From the NCBI GenBank assembly GCA_951406725.2, contig OX597832.1, positions 65,906,001 to 65,970,000 on the forward strand: 64,000 nucleotides of DNA. Direction: 5' to 3'. Numbering within the stretch: position 1 is the stretch's first letter; each line of letters opens with the position of its first letter. Positions 36,261 through 50,720 of this stretch are shown here, one piece after another. The notes below the pieces were generated by a model that did no database searches, was not told the origin of the DNA, and was given only the letters and a program-made list of their open reading frames with translations. A program made the translations under genes and the position numbers. The stretch is from Octopus vulgaris. Its lineage: Eukaryota.

Positions 36261-37513
36261 TTCGTTTATTTTAAATGCAAGATTTTGCCAGGAATTAAAG
36301 TTATGAAAAAATGCGTTTAATGACATGTTTTTCGCTATATTATAGGGATAAGTATGATAAATTACAATTTCAGGGATTCTTCTGAAGTGTAAGAATACTT
36401 ACACTTCATTGGTATATTTTCGTGCAGAGGGGTATCTCGATATTTTCTACGTAGTCTTTATTATATCTAGTAGTTATCAACGACGCACATTATCACCAGT
36501 TTCTGCGAATTCCAGATTTTACAGTATTTCAGTTATAGTAACAAGCATGAATGTATCATTGATGTATTGTTGTATATCAGTATTTCCCCATTGCTTCATC
36601 ATTTTGAATATGTAATCAGTATGAAGTAGTATAGTTAAAGGTTATGATAAACATCGAAACTTTGTTGGGTAAACATGTGAAATATTATAGACATCGCGGA
36701 AGAATATAATATAAAGACATTGATAACGGGAAGTATTCATAATCAAACACGATATCGAAGGAATATTTTCCATGAATTCAATATTTAACTATATTCTCTA
36801 TGGTGTAAATATTTGTCAAAGCGTAGATTTATCTATAAGAAAATATATTATTGTATAAAGTTTGCCATATATTATGATCGGTAACACAGCAATTCTGGTG
36901 GCAATGAGATTCTGTGAATAGGCTTCTCAGCAACATGTTATATAAATGTGTGCGCGTGTTTGTGCGTGCATGTGTGCGTGTGTGTATATGTGTGTGTATG
37001 TGTGTGTGCTACTGTCTTTTGTGAAATATAGAAGAAAATGTTCTGGCATAAACTATAGGTTGAGGAAATAAATGAAACACCTGGAAGAAATGAAAGGGAA
37101 GAAAATTGATCGTATGAGGCGAAGTAAAATGTGGGAGGGGTGAAAAATGTGTATGACAGTAACTTTACGCGAGGAAAATGATAAAGTACGACACTTGATT
37201 TATATAACGTATAAAGTAAAAACGACAAATGCTTATTAGATTTCGTGTTAAGAAAATATAAGTTAAAAGGAAAATATCGTGTTCTTGAAGCAACAAAGAA
37301 ATATTTTTTCAATTTTTGTGAAAATAAGAAAACAAAAAATACATAACATGAAGACCTTCATATTCAGTGTAGCTTTCTGAGAAATATATAAGGCGAAAAA
37401 AGAAATCAAAACAAAAGCAAGATATTGTCATCAAAAATATTTGCTTTCCAGGAATTGATGACCATTCAAATATGACAGCTGTATTATAAAACTGACGCAA
37501 TCCAGAGATAAAG

Positions 37514-37578
<65 letters not shown>

Positions 37579-39399
37579 TATATTTGCGCGCAGGTGTGTG
37601 TGTTTAAGTGTATATATATATTTATGTATATGTGTGTCTTTATATATGTGTATATACTGCCAATTGTTTCCATAATGAAAATGTTGGGCTTTAAATGTAC
37701 ATTACTCTTGATGCACATTACATAGAAAAAATTGTTTATTCCTAGAATGTGATTCTGCACTCCAAGTGTCGATAAATCCTACGATACGCTCGCATTTATT
37801 ATTATACTATACTTACACATAAATCAATGGTATGGTTCTTCTTAAATATAAAAGCAAACAGTTAAAACAATTATAATTTGTTCGCTGCAACAAGCGACAA
37901 TTTTATAGAAAGGAATGAAGAAAAATGTCATATTCATATGAATTATTTAAAAATAAAATATGATACAAATTATTTCCGTTTGTCAGAATGCATAACCAAT
38001 AACTGGGCCAAATATTTATTTCCTGCTTGAAAATAAATATCTAAATTGAATTGACAGGCTTTGAACTCAGAAACATAATTGTAAAAATAAAAATAAAAGA
38101 ATAAATTTATCTTGTTTAATAGGGTGCATATCACTTTTGTGTTGTTGCGTTTTGTTATTGTTTACGGGAATTTAATTCAAGTCGGCCCCATGATATTTTC
38201 CTTAACCTCCAACATATTTGTTCAGAAAAGAGAAAGTTATCCTACGGCAAGAATGAGAACTCCTCGAAAATATTTTGTGTTAAATAGTTGAAATGTATAA
38301 TGTATAATGTATAATGTCTACTGAATTGTAAATGTTATCAATTGTACATACAAAACTATATTTAACTGACTGAATCGTTTGATCGCCATGCAAAATATTT
38401 TGCCGTAGTTGTTCTGAATGTTTACGACCTTATTTAATATTCTACTGACGTCATTTCTGCATTTCGTCTTTGCCAAATGAACAGCGATTTCATGTACACG
38501 TATAAGCGTTCGTGAAAATAAATAGCGATAGTTTCTGGCTGCATACATTTTCTATCCTTGAGATGTTGTGGAACAGCAACAAAAATGTTATTTTTCTAAA
38601 ATACACGAACGAATGCAATGAGTATGCGTGTGTGTTCTCCACCTTCAATTCCGTGTAAACCACTTAGTCATTGTAAGCGTTTACTTAGTGAGAGTTTACC
38701 GAGATGATGACGCGAAGGTAGAGGGTTAAAGGTTTTCTTCGAACAACGTAAATGAATTAAAAGAATAAAAAAACTGAGTAGAATATTAAGATGGCAAAAA
38801 TATGATCAATTGAAAATTCAAAAAGATAAAAAGTTCAAAAAATGCACGCAAGTTGTTTGTGTAAGAATCAAGAAAATTGAATGCCGATAGTTTCTTTCAA
38901 ATGTTTCGTAACATAGATTAATATAGAATTACAAGTTAGTTACAGCTATACTCAGATATGCTCTAGCCGAGAAGAAATACAGTTAAAAAAACACCAGTTA
39001 TATTCCAAATATCAGAGGATTGCATGCATCAAGCATGGTTTAAGTCACGTAAGTCTAGGAAAAGGACTGTTCTTAGATATGTATCACACATACCCATGGA
39101 TGAGCAGAACTATATTAATGTAACGTAAAGCAGTCTCCTGACAAATGGCTAAATAGGTCCTTAGCCTTGCGTGAATACACAGGGGGGCAGCGTAAGTATA
39201 AAATAATAAACCGAAGGATTTAATAGCAAGCAAATATTGTATCTATTGGCAGAAATTCATGAACCTTCGGACTGTTTGTTGGATATCCAACCACACACGT
39301 GAAATTTGAGGTGAGCGGCCTCGTTTAATACTGAAGCTTCTACGTCACTGGCGACCCCACGTTTCTAGTCTCATCAAGCAACTACTGACATTAAGAAAT

Positions 39400-40700
39400 A
39401 TGAGAGTAAGGAAAATATCTATTATGATAGTCAGCATGAATATAGACACAAATATGAGAAAGGCAAATTGAGAATGTGAAAATGGAGCGCAAACGATTCA
39501 AAACAGATGTATTGGGCTTGTATGAATTACATTGGACAGATACTTATCAAATAAGGCCATTTATTTAGAAGGACATCTGCAACAAAAGAGTGTTGAGTTC
39601 GATACTGATAAACATCATGTTCAGTTTACAAAAAGACAGAAGGTAGTATCAGATCAAAGTGCATATCCTTTATATAATACATCAATACACTCGCGGGCGT
39701 CATTAAGTCAGAGAGAAGTGAGAGCAGTGAAGATATTGAATACGTTTATAATAATATGGACATAAACAATACAATTGTCCAGAGGTACAAAATATAATAG
39801 TTGATTCACGTGGCGTAATTACTTTGTGACATGAAATGCCAATTGTTGTTGCAATGGGAGAAAGAAAACACGTTCACAGTTATGAACGCCTGTATTGAAG
39901 GTGTTTGAAGATGTAAAAGACAAGGAGAACACAAACAATCACATTGTGCTTATGAATATAAAAATATATGATATATGACCGAAACTCGATTGTAAGCACC
40001 AAATCCTCTAAATGTCCAAATGTCAGGTATAGCTGCAATGAAATTCTCTTCAGTATTAAGTATTTCAGTTGTGAAAGAGAAGAAAACTGTAAGAATGTTT
40101 GTTCATTAAAATTGAAGGAACACTTTATTGCACATCAAAATATTACAAGAAAATACACGACAGAGTTTATAGACACATAAGCGATGTGCAAAGACCTAAA
40201 ATATGTACAAGCTTACTACGAGATTCTCGGGATTTTGCAATATAAACACTGCAGCAGAGAATAGTTTCCACATTTAGGAAAAGTAACATATAAGAAATAG
40301 AGGATTTATGAGATTACATCACTCAGAAGAAGGAGAAAATGAGCAAAGAAAATGACAGACAATAGCAAAAGCTGAATGAAAAGATAAAAAGAAACGTGGT
40401 CAGGTGAAGAACAGTGGTTTGGATGACGAATGTGATATTACTGAAAAACTATTGCACGCATACATTATGCTAGGAAACAAAATATCTCAGAGAAAAATAC
40501 ACCCGTCTATCAACAGGATATGGGAATCTAAAGAAAGACACTGAATAAGAGGCAGAAAAGAGTTTTGAAATATAGATTAATTACTTAAGATAAATATACG
40601 ACAAGACCAATTCCTATCATGTACAGATACATGAAAAAAAGAAACATAGAAGGGCCAGCAGTCAGGTGACCGATGGAGCCTTGCTTCACAACATTTATTA
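39400..40700 (+). mobile_element. Highly degenerate RTE-type LINE (APE and tether)
   Basis: ENVKMERKRFKTDVLGLYELHWT (~39470-39540) resembles the APE ..KREM.RL.IDILG.SE.RW motif; DDECD at ~40420; strong purine strand bias. Confidence 0.5.
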
Positions 40701-41073
40701 TCTCACGGCATATTAAAGATATAATCTTATTATGATGCTTTCGATTTGTTTTCCAGTGTTTAATACCCTTCGCTATATAGTGTGCTTATGTACCATGCCA
40801 TGGTTCCCCAGAAGGTGTTACAGCCATTCTTACACTGTTTGCCAGCTTGCCACTGTTCTCTTTGAATTGTTTCATCCATTGGACTGCGACCATGCTATGG
40901 TAGTAACGTTTAGAGTTTAGTCGAGCAATGGTTTATTTTAATCCTGAGATTTATTTATCTGTGTCTATATACCAAGATGATACGTTTCGTACACGCAACC
41001 ACACCAAATCCTGTTCCTAAGAGATGATGCGGCACAAGCACAGCAATATAGATGGATATATAAATATATATAT

Positions 41074-41160
<87 letters not shown>

Positions 41161-41162
<2 letters not shown>

Positions 41163-41391
41163 GGGTTGGCCAAATGTCACCCGACAGTAAATCTAAATTC
41201 CATAAATACTATCAGTAGTTATGTATTGAGTCGAATAGTAAAATGTGTCACTCAAGAGGACTTCAGTTTGAACAATTTCCATGATATTACATATTTAAAT
41301 GTTTTATTAAATTAATTCAGCTGTTAAACATAAATAAATCTGGAAATTAAATAGTTTTGATTTACTAACAGTCGACCTCTGGCCAACACTG
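41161..41391. mobile_element. Tc1/mariner-type MITE
   Basis: TA | TAGGGTTGGCCA.. and ..TGGCCAACACTG | TA imperfect TIRs with TA target-site duplication. Confidence 0.7.
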
Positions 41392-42354
41392 TATATATTC
41401 GTACACAAATCACATACGCACTCACACGTGTTTTTCCATATGACACTTTTGCTTTCTGTTTTTCCTTTTGTTATCGGTGCGACATTCCATATAGATTATA
41501 TTCCATCAGTATTTGAATAAAATTAGAATTCGAGTGGAATATTTAATTTCTCAATTATTCTTGGTCGATCTTCATATCAACCGAACATATACGTGATTCT
41601 TTTCTCTTCTTTTTTGTTTCTGATACAGAGACGATCTCTTATTTAAGTACTTCAAATTTTACTTTATACTTGCGCAGAATTTATTGATTTGTCACGTTTT
41701 TCTAATTCATTCCTTCGATGTACGATTGTTGGGACACTGCAGATTTGTGGTGTCAGGCCTGCAGATATATGGACAATAACTCTATCAGCCGACATAGTTG
41801 TACACATCACCCCTGACGTGCGCTGGGAAGAGAAGCATGCTCTTCATTCTGCTGGATATGGTGATACAGGTTCTTTGATGGCCGAGAATAAAAAAAAAGT
41901 GACAGATGTGTACTTCTTCGTCCAAACCATCGTCAATTACTTTTAAAATTTCACTTCTGAACCAAGGTTGTACTGGAGTTGTAGATGTGTCCTTTCAACT
42001 CTAGAGAATTCTTTGACGGGTAGGTAAGACTGGTGAGTGCGTATCCAGAAACGACTGTTGCTAAACGTGATTGATAAATTAAGGGATCCTTTTGAGAAAG
42101 CCCATAGCAGTAGTGCATTGCCTTCGGGAACCTCGATATTACGTGTGTTTTATTCCTATTTTTTCAAGTATTTTTGTGGATATGGTTATACCGTCTTCCT
42201 TGTTTTTGAGCAATTTTGTCTGAAACTTTTTCGGTACCATTATCGTGATTATAATGATCATCATCATTGTCATCATCATCATCAGCAGCATTTTATTATC
42301 AGTAGTATTATTCGCTGAAAATTCAAATTATTTTGATGGATATAATGGTGTCAA

Positions 42355-43075
42355 TTGTCCACAGTCAGCAGACTAAGGTTTTGGTTTTGTGCATAATATT
42401 GTCCTAGAGAATGTTTAAAAAAACAAGAAAATTATGAGATTGTTTTAAAACTTGAGATTACATAGACAGTAATTTACACAGGATATGGGCAGTTCCCATG
42501 AGCACTATCTTTTGAATTTCTGCCATTTTGGGGTTTTCCTGGTATCTGAGTTAGGTAGCAACCATCCCCTTTTGCTATCATTCCTAGGGCACCTATGACA
42601 ACCTGTATTGTTGTAGTCCTTAGGTTCCACATTTTGCCAATTTCTATTTCAAGATCTTTATATTTGCTCAGATTTTGGTAGGTCTTGAGAGATACGTTTA
42701 TATCGATTGGGGCAGTCATATCAATGAGGAGGCATGTTTTTTGTCTGAAGTCTTTCAATATGATGTCTGGCCTATTTGCATCTATCTTTCTGTCAGTTTG
42801 AATGGTGTAGTTCCAGAGGAGTGAGATGTGATTATTTTCAAGCACTGGGGGTAGTTTGCGTTACCATCAGTTTTTAAAATGAGGCAAGTCCAGATTTTTG
42901 CATATTACACAGTTAATATATTGTGCAGCTCTATCATGCCTGTCGTACAAGAACACTGCAAATGGAGACAACAGGATCAATTGTGTCATTTTGTTGTTGA
43001 CATACACGATATACTGGGGAGCTACCGTTCTTTAATCTGTTGGTCTGGTACTTCCTTGTAGGTAGGCATTGATCT
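42355..43075 (-). mobile_element. R4/Dong-like LINE 3' fragment (RLE domain)
   Basis: ORF 42474-42845 contains LLWNYTIQTDRKIDANRPDIILKD..CLLIDMTAP..KYKDLEIEIGKMW..VVIGALG. Confidence 0.85.
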
Positions 43076-43079
43076 TGGG

Positions 43080-43720
43080 AAATGTCAGCTGTCCACAGCC
43101 AGCAGACAAAGGTGACACTTGTTTACTAGTCATGCTTCAAGAACCCAGTGAAGAATTCTTGCAGTTCCAAGCAATGCTGATTTTCGTAGGCGTTTTTCCT
43201 TCATCCTTGCACCAATCTTTTTCAGCCATGTTGGTAGTTGAGTGCTGATACTTCCAAGTGAGACAATTTCTATTGGTATCACGTCTACTCCCCTCATTGA
43301 CCACAAACTTCATATTTCCCACTTCGAATAGTCATGGTTGTTTATTTTTCCTTCTTCTTTCACACTGGTCTTTTTGTCGAATATCATGCATGTTCTTTCT
43401 TTTTTATTCATCATAACAATATCCGCTTTCCGATGTCTGGTCGGGTGATCGCACTGAAGCATCCCACAGGATTTTGAAATTCTCATTCTTGGTGACTCCT
43501 TCTGGGGTTTGCTCACACCGCGTCTTTGTTCTTTGTAAGCCATGATGTTCACAGAGCTCCCAATGGATCATTCTTACTACATCGTCATGACGTCACTTTT
43601 ATTCGCGTTGTGCAAATTTCGGGCATTCGCTAACGATGTGGCATAGTGTTTCACCCCTTTCACCACACATTCTGTATTTGTTGCTGGCGGTATTGTTGCA
43701 CATGTTAATCATTAACATTT
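43080..43720 (-). mobile_element. Second R4/Dong-like LINE 3' fragment (CCHC knuckle and RLE)
   Basis: Minus strand reads YRMCGEKGETLCHIVSECPKFAQRE..RHDDVVRMIHWELC, HRKADIVMMNKKERTC and LRKSALLGTARILHWVLEA*. Confidence 0.85.
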
Positions 43721-43888
43721 CTCTGTCTTCAGGTCACTCCTCCTCATCCAGAGCAACCGGTTCTCAGTATCGGCCTTGGCATTCACATCGCCTGCAAACT
43801 GACCGTACATTTTTACCTTCCATGCATTTTCATTTTTGTGTTCATTTCATCTTTAAATTTGTCTTTCATTTCACAACTGTTATTATTA

Positions 43889-43959
<71 letters not shown>

Positions 43960-43994
43960 GTTGTTGTTATTGTTACTATTATTATCCTTATTAC

Positions 43995-44055
<61 letters not shown>

Positions 44056-44168
44056 GTAACTTTGATGTTCATACCAAAAAGCAGGAGTGTTGATTTTGTA
44101 GAGTTCACATATTTTTCAATGTTAACATTATTATTAATATCATCATCATCATCATCATCATCAACATC

Positions 44169-44213
<45 letters not shown>

Positions 44214-44214
44214 G

Positions 44215-44368
44215 TATTGCCTCTGCAAAACTTCTAATGCTGGAGATGTACTACGGTGTCTCCTGTCCACTATCAGTGAACTAAGGTTACAAACGTTATA
44301 TTTCGAGCACCATCAGGAAGATTCAAGTGACTCCAAGCAGTGCTGTTTTCTGAAGGTGCTCCAACGTT
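44215..44368 (-). mobile_element. Ultra-short R4/Dong-like 3' end in (TAA)n
   Basis: LEHLQKTALLG terminal motif plus a 3' UTR homologous to 7722-7790; (TTA)n on both sides. Confidence 0.75.
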
Positions 44369-44391
44369 ATCATCATTATCATTATTATTAC

Positions 44392-44463
<72 letters not shown>

Positions 44464-44494
44464 CATCATCATTATAGTACGCGGTAGCAAAATA

Positions 44495-44660
44495 ATTATT
44501 GGTATATCGTCCATTGTTAAATTCTCAGTTCAAATTCTGCCAGGTTCTACTTTTTCTGCCGTTCTTCTTTTTGGGGTCCATAAATTATGTACCAATTAGG
44601 CAATTAGGTCGATGTAATTGACTTATTCGCTCCCCCTAATTCACCTTTTGTGACTGTAAT
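44495..44660 (+). mobile_element. Degenerate SINE family A
   Basis: CAGTTCAAATTCTGCC..TTTTGGGGTCCATAAATTATGTACC..GGTCGATGTAATTGAC. Confidence 0.6.
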
Positions 44661-44686
44661 TGTGTTACAATTATAATCATTGTTAC

Positions 44687-44734
<48 letters not shown>

Positions 44735-44794
44735 TATTGTTATTATTATTATTATCATCTTCAACATCATCATCACAAGTGGTAGCAGCAGCTT

Positions 44795-44826
<32 letters not shown>

Positions 44827-45359
44827 ATAGTAGTAGTAGGAGGAGGAGGAGTATGTGTAAGGCCCTTACTTGCTTGCGTTCGTTGTACTTTAACTTCAAC
44901 GGCTGTTGCATGATTGTTATTTAATGATTGGTTACATGTTGCATGCATAGAGAGGAAGGATTGCCTTTTGAATTAAACAGTTGGACAATCCCACCCTCCC
45001 CAGACCATTAATGATCGTAGCATCCAACGAATTTACGAATTTGCTGAAAGTCAGTGATTGCTTTTCCCAAACGTAATGCGTAACCCGCCTAATCATGCAT
45101 TTCGTAATCAGCAACTTTCAACGCATCACAAACATTTTTTAGTTTGATTTTCCGAGACTCTTTCTTTTTTACTTCATATTATTTGTTTCTTTTTCTTTAC
45201 TGATTTTATCTCATTTTTTTCTTCTTTTTTATTTTCTTTCCTGATATATTTCCACTTCCCATGTTTCTTGTTATTTTACAGCTTCTGTTTCCGTTTTTCC
45301 TGCTGTTGTTCATCTTTCTCTGCGTTTTTCTCCCGTTTTCCTCACTCTTTTACTCTTAT

Positions 45360-45785
45360 TGGTGTTTCAAAGTTAAGAATCTTCGTTGCCAACGATAGGG
45401 TTCCGAGTTCAGTCCCTCTGCACCACACCTTTTGCATTGCACGTGTCTTCAACAATAATCTGGGGTTGTAGAAGGCTTTGTGAGATTTGCCAGACCTAAA
45501 CTGAAGGAAGACCGTCGGATATATATATATGTGTGTGTGTGTTTGTGCGTGTGTGCGTGTGTGTTTGTTTGCGTCCATGTTTGTTCTCCACAACCTCTTG
45601 ATAACCGCTATTTGTTTGTTTACATTCCCATAATTTTGTGGCTCGGCCAAACAGATCGATAGATCAAGTAGCAGACTTAACAAAAACAAGTAATGTGGTC
45701 ATTTCGTTAGGCTGAAATTATTCAAGGTGGTGCCCCAGTATGGCCGCAGTCGAATGACTGCAGTAAACAGAAGAATTAAAGAAAG
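45360..45785 (+). mobile_element. SINE family C with internal (TA/TG)n
   Basis: tRNA-like head GGGTTCCGAGTTCAGTCCC, internal microsatellite, and 3' end GGTGCCCCAGTATGGCCGCAGTCGAATGACTG. Confidence 0.65.
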
Positions 45786-45839
45786 CTTCTTCTTCTTCTT
45801 CTTCTTCTTCTTCTTCTTCTTCTTCTTCTTCGTCTACAT

Positions 45840-45984
45840 CTTTCTTTTTATCACAGATTTGTTCGACCGCGTGGAGTCTTCGCTACGGTACCATACTGTC
45901 CGTTCTTTTCAGCTATCTAATACTTTCCTGATTATTCTGGCCGTGCCAAGGAGTGAAGCTTTTTGTAACATTTCTACTGGGCAC

Positions 45985-45986
<2 letters not shown>
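45840..45986 (-). mobile_element. Ultra-short R4/Dong-like 3' end
   Basis: KCPVEMLQKASLLGTARIIRKVLDS*, abutting (TTA)n on one side and (TTC)n on the other. Confidence 0.8.
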
Positions 45987-46038
<52 letters not shown>

Positions 46039-46070
46039 ATTATTATTATCATCATCATCATCATCATCAT

Positions 46071-46339
46071 CATTAGGATTGCAACAATTCTCAAATTATA
46101 ATAATTGTTTTACTATAGGCAGGAAGGGGAACTCGTATAGAATGTGAAGCCGGAAAACATGACGCTAAGCATTTGGTCCGGGAATGATTCAGCAAAATCT
46201 GACTTAACGTTCTACTGTAAAACGCAAGTCCTTAAATTTTGATTGGTACCAACTTGAAACATTTGATCATAATTATTTTTATCAATTTTGGGAAGATGAA
46301 ACCCCAAATTATAATTTGAGAATTGTTGCAATCCTAATG
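46071..46339. repeat. Perfect 32-bp inverted repeat pair
   Basis: CATTAGGATTGCAACAATTCTCAAATTATAAT (46071-46102) is the exact reverse complement of 46308-46339. Confidence 0.9.
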
Positions 46340-47321
46340 CATGTAGTCTTAAATCAATCCTGTCAAGTGTATACCGGTGTGGTATTTACTTAGTTTGCTT
46401 TAGGTTCTGATCCAGAGTTAAAATCTTCTGTATGGAGTCCTTTAAATACATTTATATGAAATTGTTAAAAGACACAGTATTGAGAAATGGAGCAACAAAA
46501 GCCATAAAAAAATAGTATTATATTTATAAAATATAGGACCCATGTTTGGCTGGAATTTGTGTGTTTCATGTCGGATTGTACTGAATGTTCTCATCCTCAG
46601 AAAGCTAAAAGCTGATATCTCGTGGACTTGAACAGCGAACATAAAGAGCCACCAATAAATGTCTACTTTATATAACAACAAGCTTTGAGCAGCTTTATAT
46701 ATGATGATTTAACTTGTTCTAATTAGGTATGGCCATGGTTACTGTCATCATCGCTGTCGACAAGGTTCGTGTCGTTGCAAACTTTAAAATGCTGTTCCTG
46801 TTTCGTGAGTTTGTAGTCATTTAGCTTTTAAAGGAAATATTTACAGAAAGCAATTTTATATAGATCTTTCTTTTGTAAAAACACTGCAATCGGCCGGCAC
46901 GCTAACAAGTTTATAGCAAACTGATTTCTATCCGGTATTTGTCAAAATCTTGCGAAAACCTTTTATCCCGTGACCTTCTTCTAAACGTTTGCATGACGAG
47001 AACTTTTCATTCAAATTTAGAAATAAGCTTCAGTTGTTTTATTTTCATTTTTCTGGTTTTTTTTTTATTATTTCTCTTCTGTTTGTATTTCATTTACTGT
47101 ATTCTAGCAATCATTATGAAAATATGCATTTTATTGAACGTATAGAGATTACTGGAACATTACCATCAAAAATGCCAGTGACAAAATGCAGTGTAGGAAA
47201 TCCACATGAAACTGGAGATATGTGTGCATACATACACGCGCAGCCACAACGCACACATGGATATGTAGTTAATTACACATACATACATATTCACACGCAC
47301 ATATAGACTCACATATATAAG

Positions 47322-47371
<50 letters not shown>

Positions 47372-47401
47372 CGCAATGCGTAAAGATATATTTCTGTGTA
47401 T

Positions 47402-47450
<49 letters not shown>

Positions 47451-47569
47451 CATATATATATATATCTGAATATATATATATATACACTCACATACATACA
47501 CATATATATATATCCATATACACAACTACCTATCTATATATTTATGCATCTCCCTCTCTCTCTCTTTTA

Positions 47570-47626
<57 letters not shown>

Positions 47627-48494
47627 TACATATATGTATGTATGTATGTATGTACATATGTATTTGAAAATATTTATACAAATGTTTCGATTTTTATGAT
47701 CTTGTGTTCCGGTGAACTTACGTGAGTGCGTGTTTAGTTTACTTGGATGTTAGACTTCCGGTATGCTGCAATTAGTATATATTGACAGAATCGCTACAGA
47801 CATACATACCTCGTTGCAACACGCGAACATATATATATATTTATAGATGAACCTGCCTGTATATTTACATTTGTTTCTACCTTGGCAATTCAGCGTAAGT
47901 GTGTGCACAAATGTGTACACCATGTGATTCCTCCTGAATGTTTACTCATTGGTAAATATATAAATGTAATTTATGAATGATGAAGTGTACGATCCGGGCA
48001 GCACTTAACAGAGTTGTCTTTCACAATCTTCTTCGTTATTCCTCCTTCTCTCCTTCTCTGTGTTAATTTTCTATCCACGCCGTGTCTCTTTCTAGTTGTC
48101 TCTATCTTTTTTTCTATCTCTATCTGTTATCTGTTTATATAAGGTTTTATGTTTCTGCCGTTCCTGTGCTATAGAAGATAAAAATTGGTGGTCCTAGTTC
48201 CTAATAATTCTTTAGGCGTCTCTTCAATGCTTCCCTTTCTTTATCTACAGAAATACATAGAGGCACTCTCACATACATGCACAAAAATACATTCATTCAT
48301 ATATATATATATATATATATATGCAATTACTTAAAATTCTGGAAAAGACACTCTGTCAGTGTGTCATTGATAGATTGTTCAATTCGATACTCCTCTATGA
48401 CCATCTTCTGAATATTGAAATATATATGATAAATGAGTGTCGTTCAAATGTATCTGGCATTAGTTATCTGACCATATCAATGGCCAGATCCTGA

Positions 48495-48514
48495 TAGATG
48501 CAGAGAGATAGGTT

Positions 48515-48570
<56 letters not shown>

Positions 48571-48670
48571 TATAGATATATAGATAGATAGATAGATGGA
48601 TAGATAGATAGATAGGTAGGTAGGTAGGTAGGCGGTAGGTAGGTAAGTAGTTAGGCAGGTAAATAGATAT
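48495..48670. repeat. (GATA)n/(GGTA)n microsatellite
   Basis: Direct inspection; a larger (GATA)n tract lies at 49610-49830. Confidence 0.95.
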
Positions 48671-48699
48671 ACATGCCTGTGAAAGTGTAAATCCCTATG

Positions 48700-48915
48700 C
48701 GTGGGTGTCTGTGCTTGTATTTTTTGTACCGCACCGTTTGACAACCGTTGATGGTACATCCCTTTTAACCTAGCGGTTCGGCAATAAAGTTACGATAAAA
48801 TATGTACCAGACCTTAGAAAGAAATAAGTAATGGGGCCGTCTTCTTCCACTAAACCTTTCAAAGTGGCACTACAGCATGGCAGAAGTCAAATGCCTTATA
48901 AAAGTAAAGGTTAAA
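48700..48915 (+). mobile_element. SINE family C, 3' half
   Basis: TTTGACAACCGTTGATGG..TAGCGGTTCGGCAA..CAGCATGGCAGAAGTCAAATG is homologous to 45590-45770. Confidence 0.55.
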
Positions 48916-49551
48916 ATGCCTGCACAAATATTCTTTTGTCTTTATTATCTATAGTAAATTGTGCTGTAGAATACAAACCAACAAATGCGTATTTTCTGCA
49001 AAAGAAGAAAAATGTCATTTCGTTCGCAATCTCAATTTTGATTCAAGGAGAGGCATGGCAAAAATTGTAAGCTGTTTTAGTGATTTCTCATTTCAGATCC
49101 TTATACAGGCAATCAAATATATGGAATATATATACATGCACATACATAAACGATAATGAAAACTCTCTCATGTTATAACGTAACATGCACGACTAACAGC
49201 GCAAAGATTTTCGCACGCACAAAATTATATGCAATATGTAGAAGCACTCACACATAAAAAAACATACACATACACAACATACATACATGTTTATGCACAC
49301 ATCTGCACCACTTCAGGAAAACACAAACGACCAAGCCTGCCATAGTTTACAAAGAACTTTTCCTTGATTATGAGTACCACCATCTCGCAAAGTGAAGCAA
49401 CTTAAACAGGACGCAATAAATCCACATTCAACACGCACACAAACTCACAAACACACAAATATATAACTATACATACGTTCACAGGTACATATACACAAAT
49501 ACATATACATAGATATATACATAATACACATAATATATGTGTGAATATGTG

Positions 49552-49601
<50 letters not shown>

Positions 49602-49734
49602 TATATAATTAGATAGATAGATAGATAGATAGATATATAGAGAGAGAGAGAGAGAGAGATAGATAGACAGACAGATAAATAGATAGATAGATAGACAGAC
49701 AGATAAATAGATAGATATAGATAGATAGATAGAT

Positions 49735-49825
<91 letters not shown>

Positions 49826-50169
49826 ATAGATTGCAATAACAAGGACAAGACACTTTAGTCCATCTTTCAAACTTGACAAAGTGACGAACATATATAGAGT
49901 TCTTTTAAATTAAGATGAGAATAATTTGATCAAATTTCCATCTGATAACAGCCATACCTCGGCGGATTTTACGCATAACTGCTTTCATTGTTTTGTTTTA
50001 CGAAATGTCAAGTGTCTTATCGTTGCTTCTTTTCTCCTATATTTCTCTTTCCATTTGCTTTCTTCGTCTTTCTAAAGTTTCTTTTCCCTTTCTCTTTGAC
50101 TTGTTCTGAATTTTTTCTCCTTCTTTTATTCATTTCCTTTTCTCTTTGTTGTAGATCTTTGATGTTTCC

Positions 50170-50192
50170 TTCTTCTTCTTCTTCTTCTTCTT

Positions 50193-50223
<31 letters not shown>

Positions 50224-50249
50224 TTATTATTATTATTATTATTATCATC

Positions 50250-50290
<41 letters not shown>

Positions 50291-50327
50291 CATTATTATT
50301 ATCATCATTATTATTATTTCATTATTA

Positions 50328-50373
<46 letters not shown>

Positions 50374-50720
50374 CATCATCATCATCATCATTATTATTAT
50401 TATTATTATTGACATTATTACTCCCCTACACTTCTCTCTTTTAGTCTTTCCTCCACTTCCTCCAATTTTCTGATGTTTTCCTTTTCCTCCTCAGCTTCAT
50501 TATCCCTTTCTTCCACAAGTACCAAAACCGGTACGACTACCAATATCTCCACCACTACCACCATTGCAACTAACACGGCCACAACCACCAACACCACTGC
50601 ACCAGCGTCACCACCATCACCACCATTCCAGGCTCCCACTACCGCAATAACCATACTACCACACAACACCCGATGCCACCGCCGTTACCGACCATTACCA
50701 CCACAACCACCACCATCACT
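50170..50720. repeat. (TTC)n-(TTA)n-(CCA)n low-complexity block
   Basis: Direct inspection. Confidence 0.9.

Larger units (their letters stand above)
43880..44840. repeat. Cluster of (ATT)n/(ATC)n/(GTA)n trinucleotide microsatellites
   Basis: Direct inspection. Confidence 0.95.

Noticed and set aside
41690-41990. Minus-strand LGS..DGLDEEV resembling an RTE RT segment
   Set aside because: Similarity is too short to call by eye.
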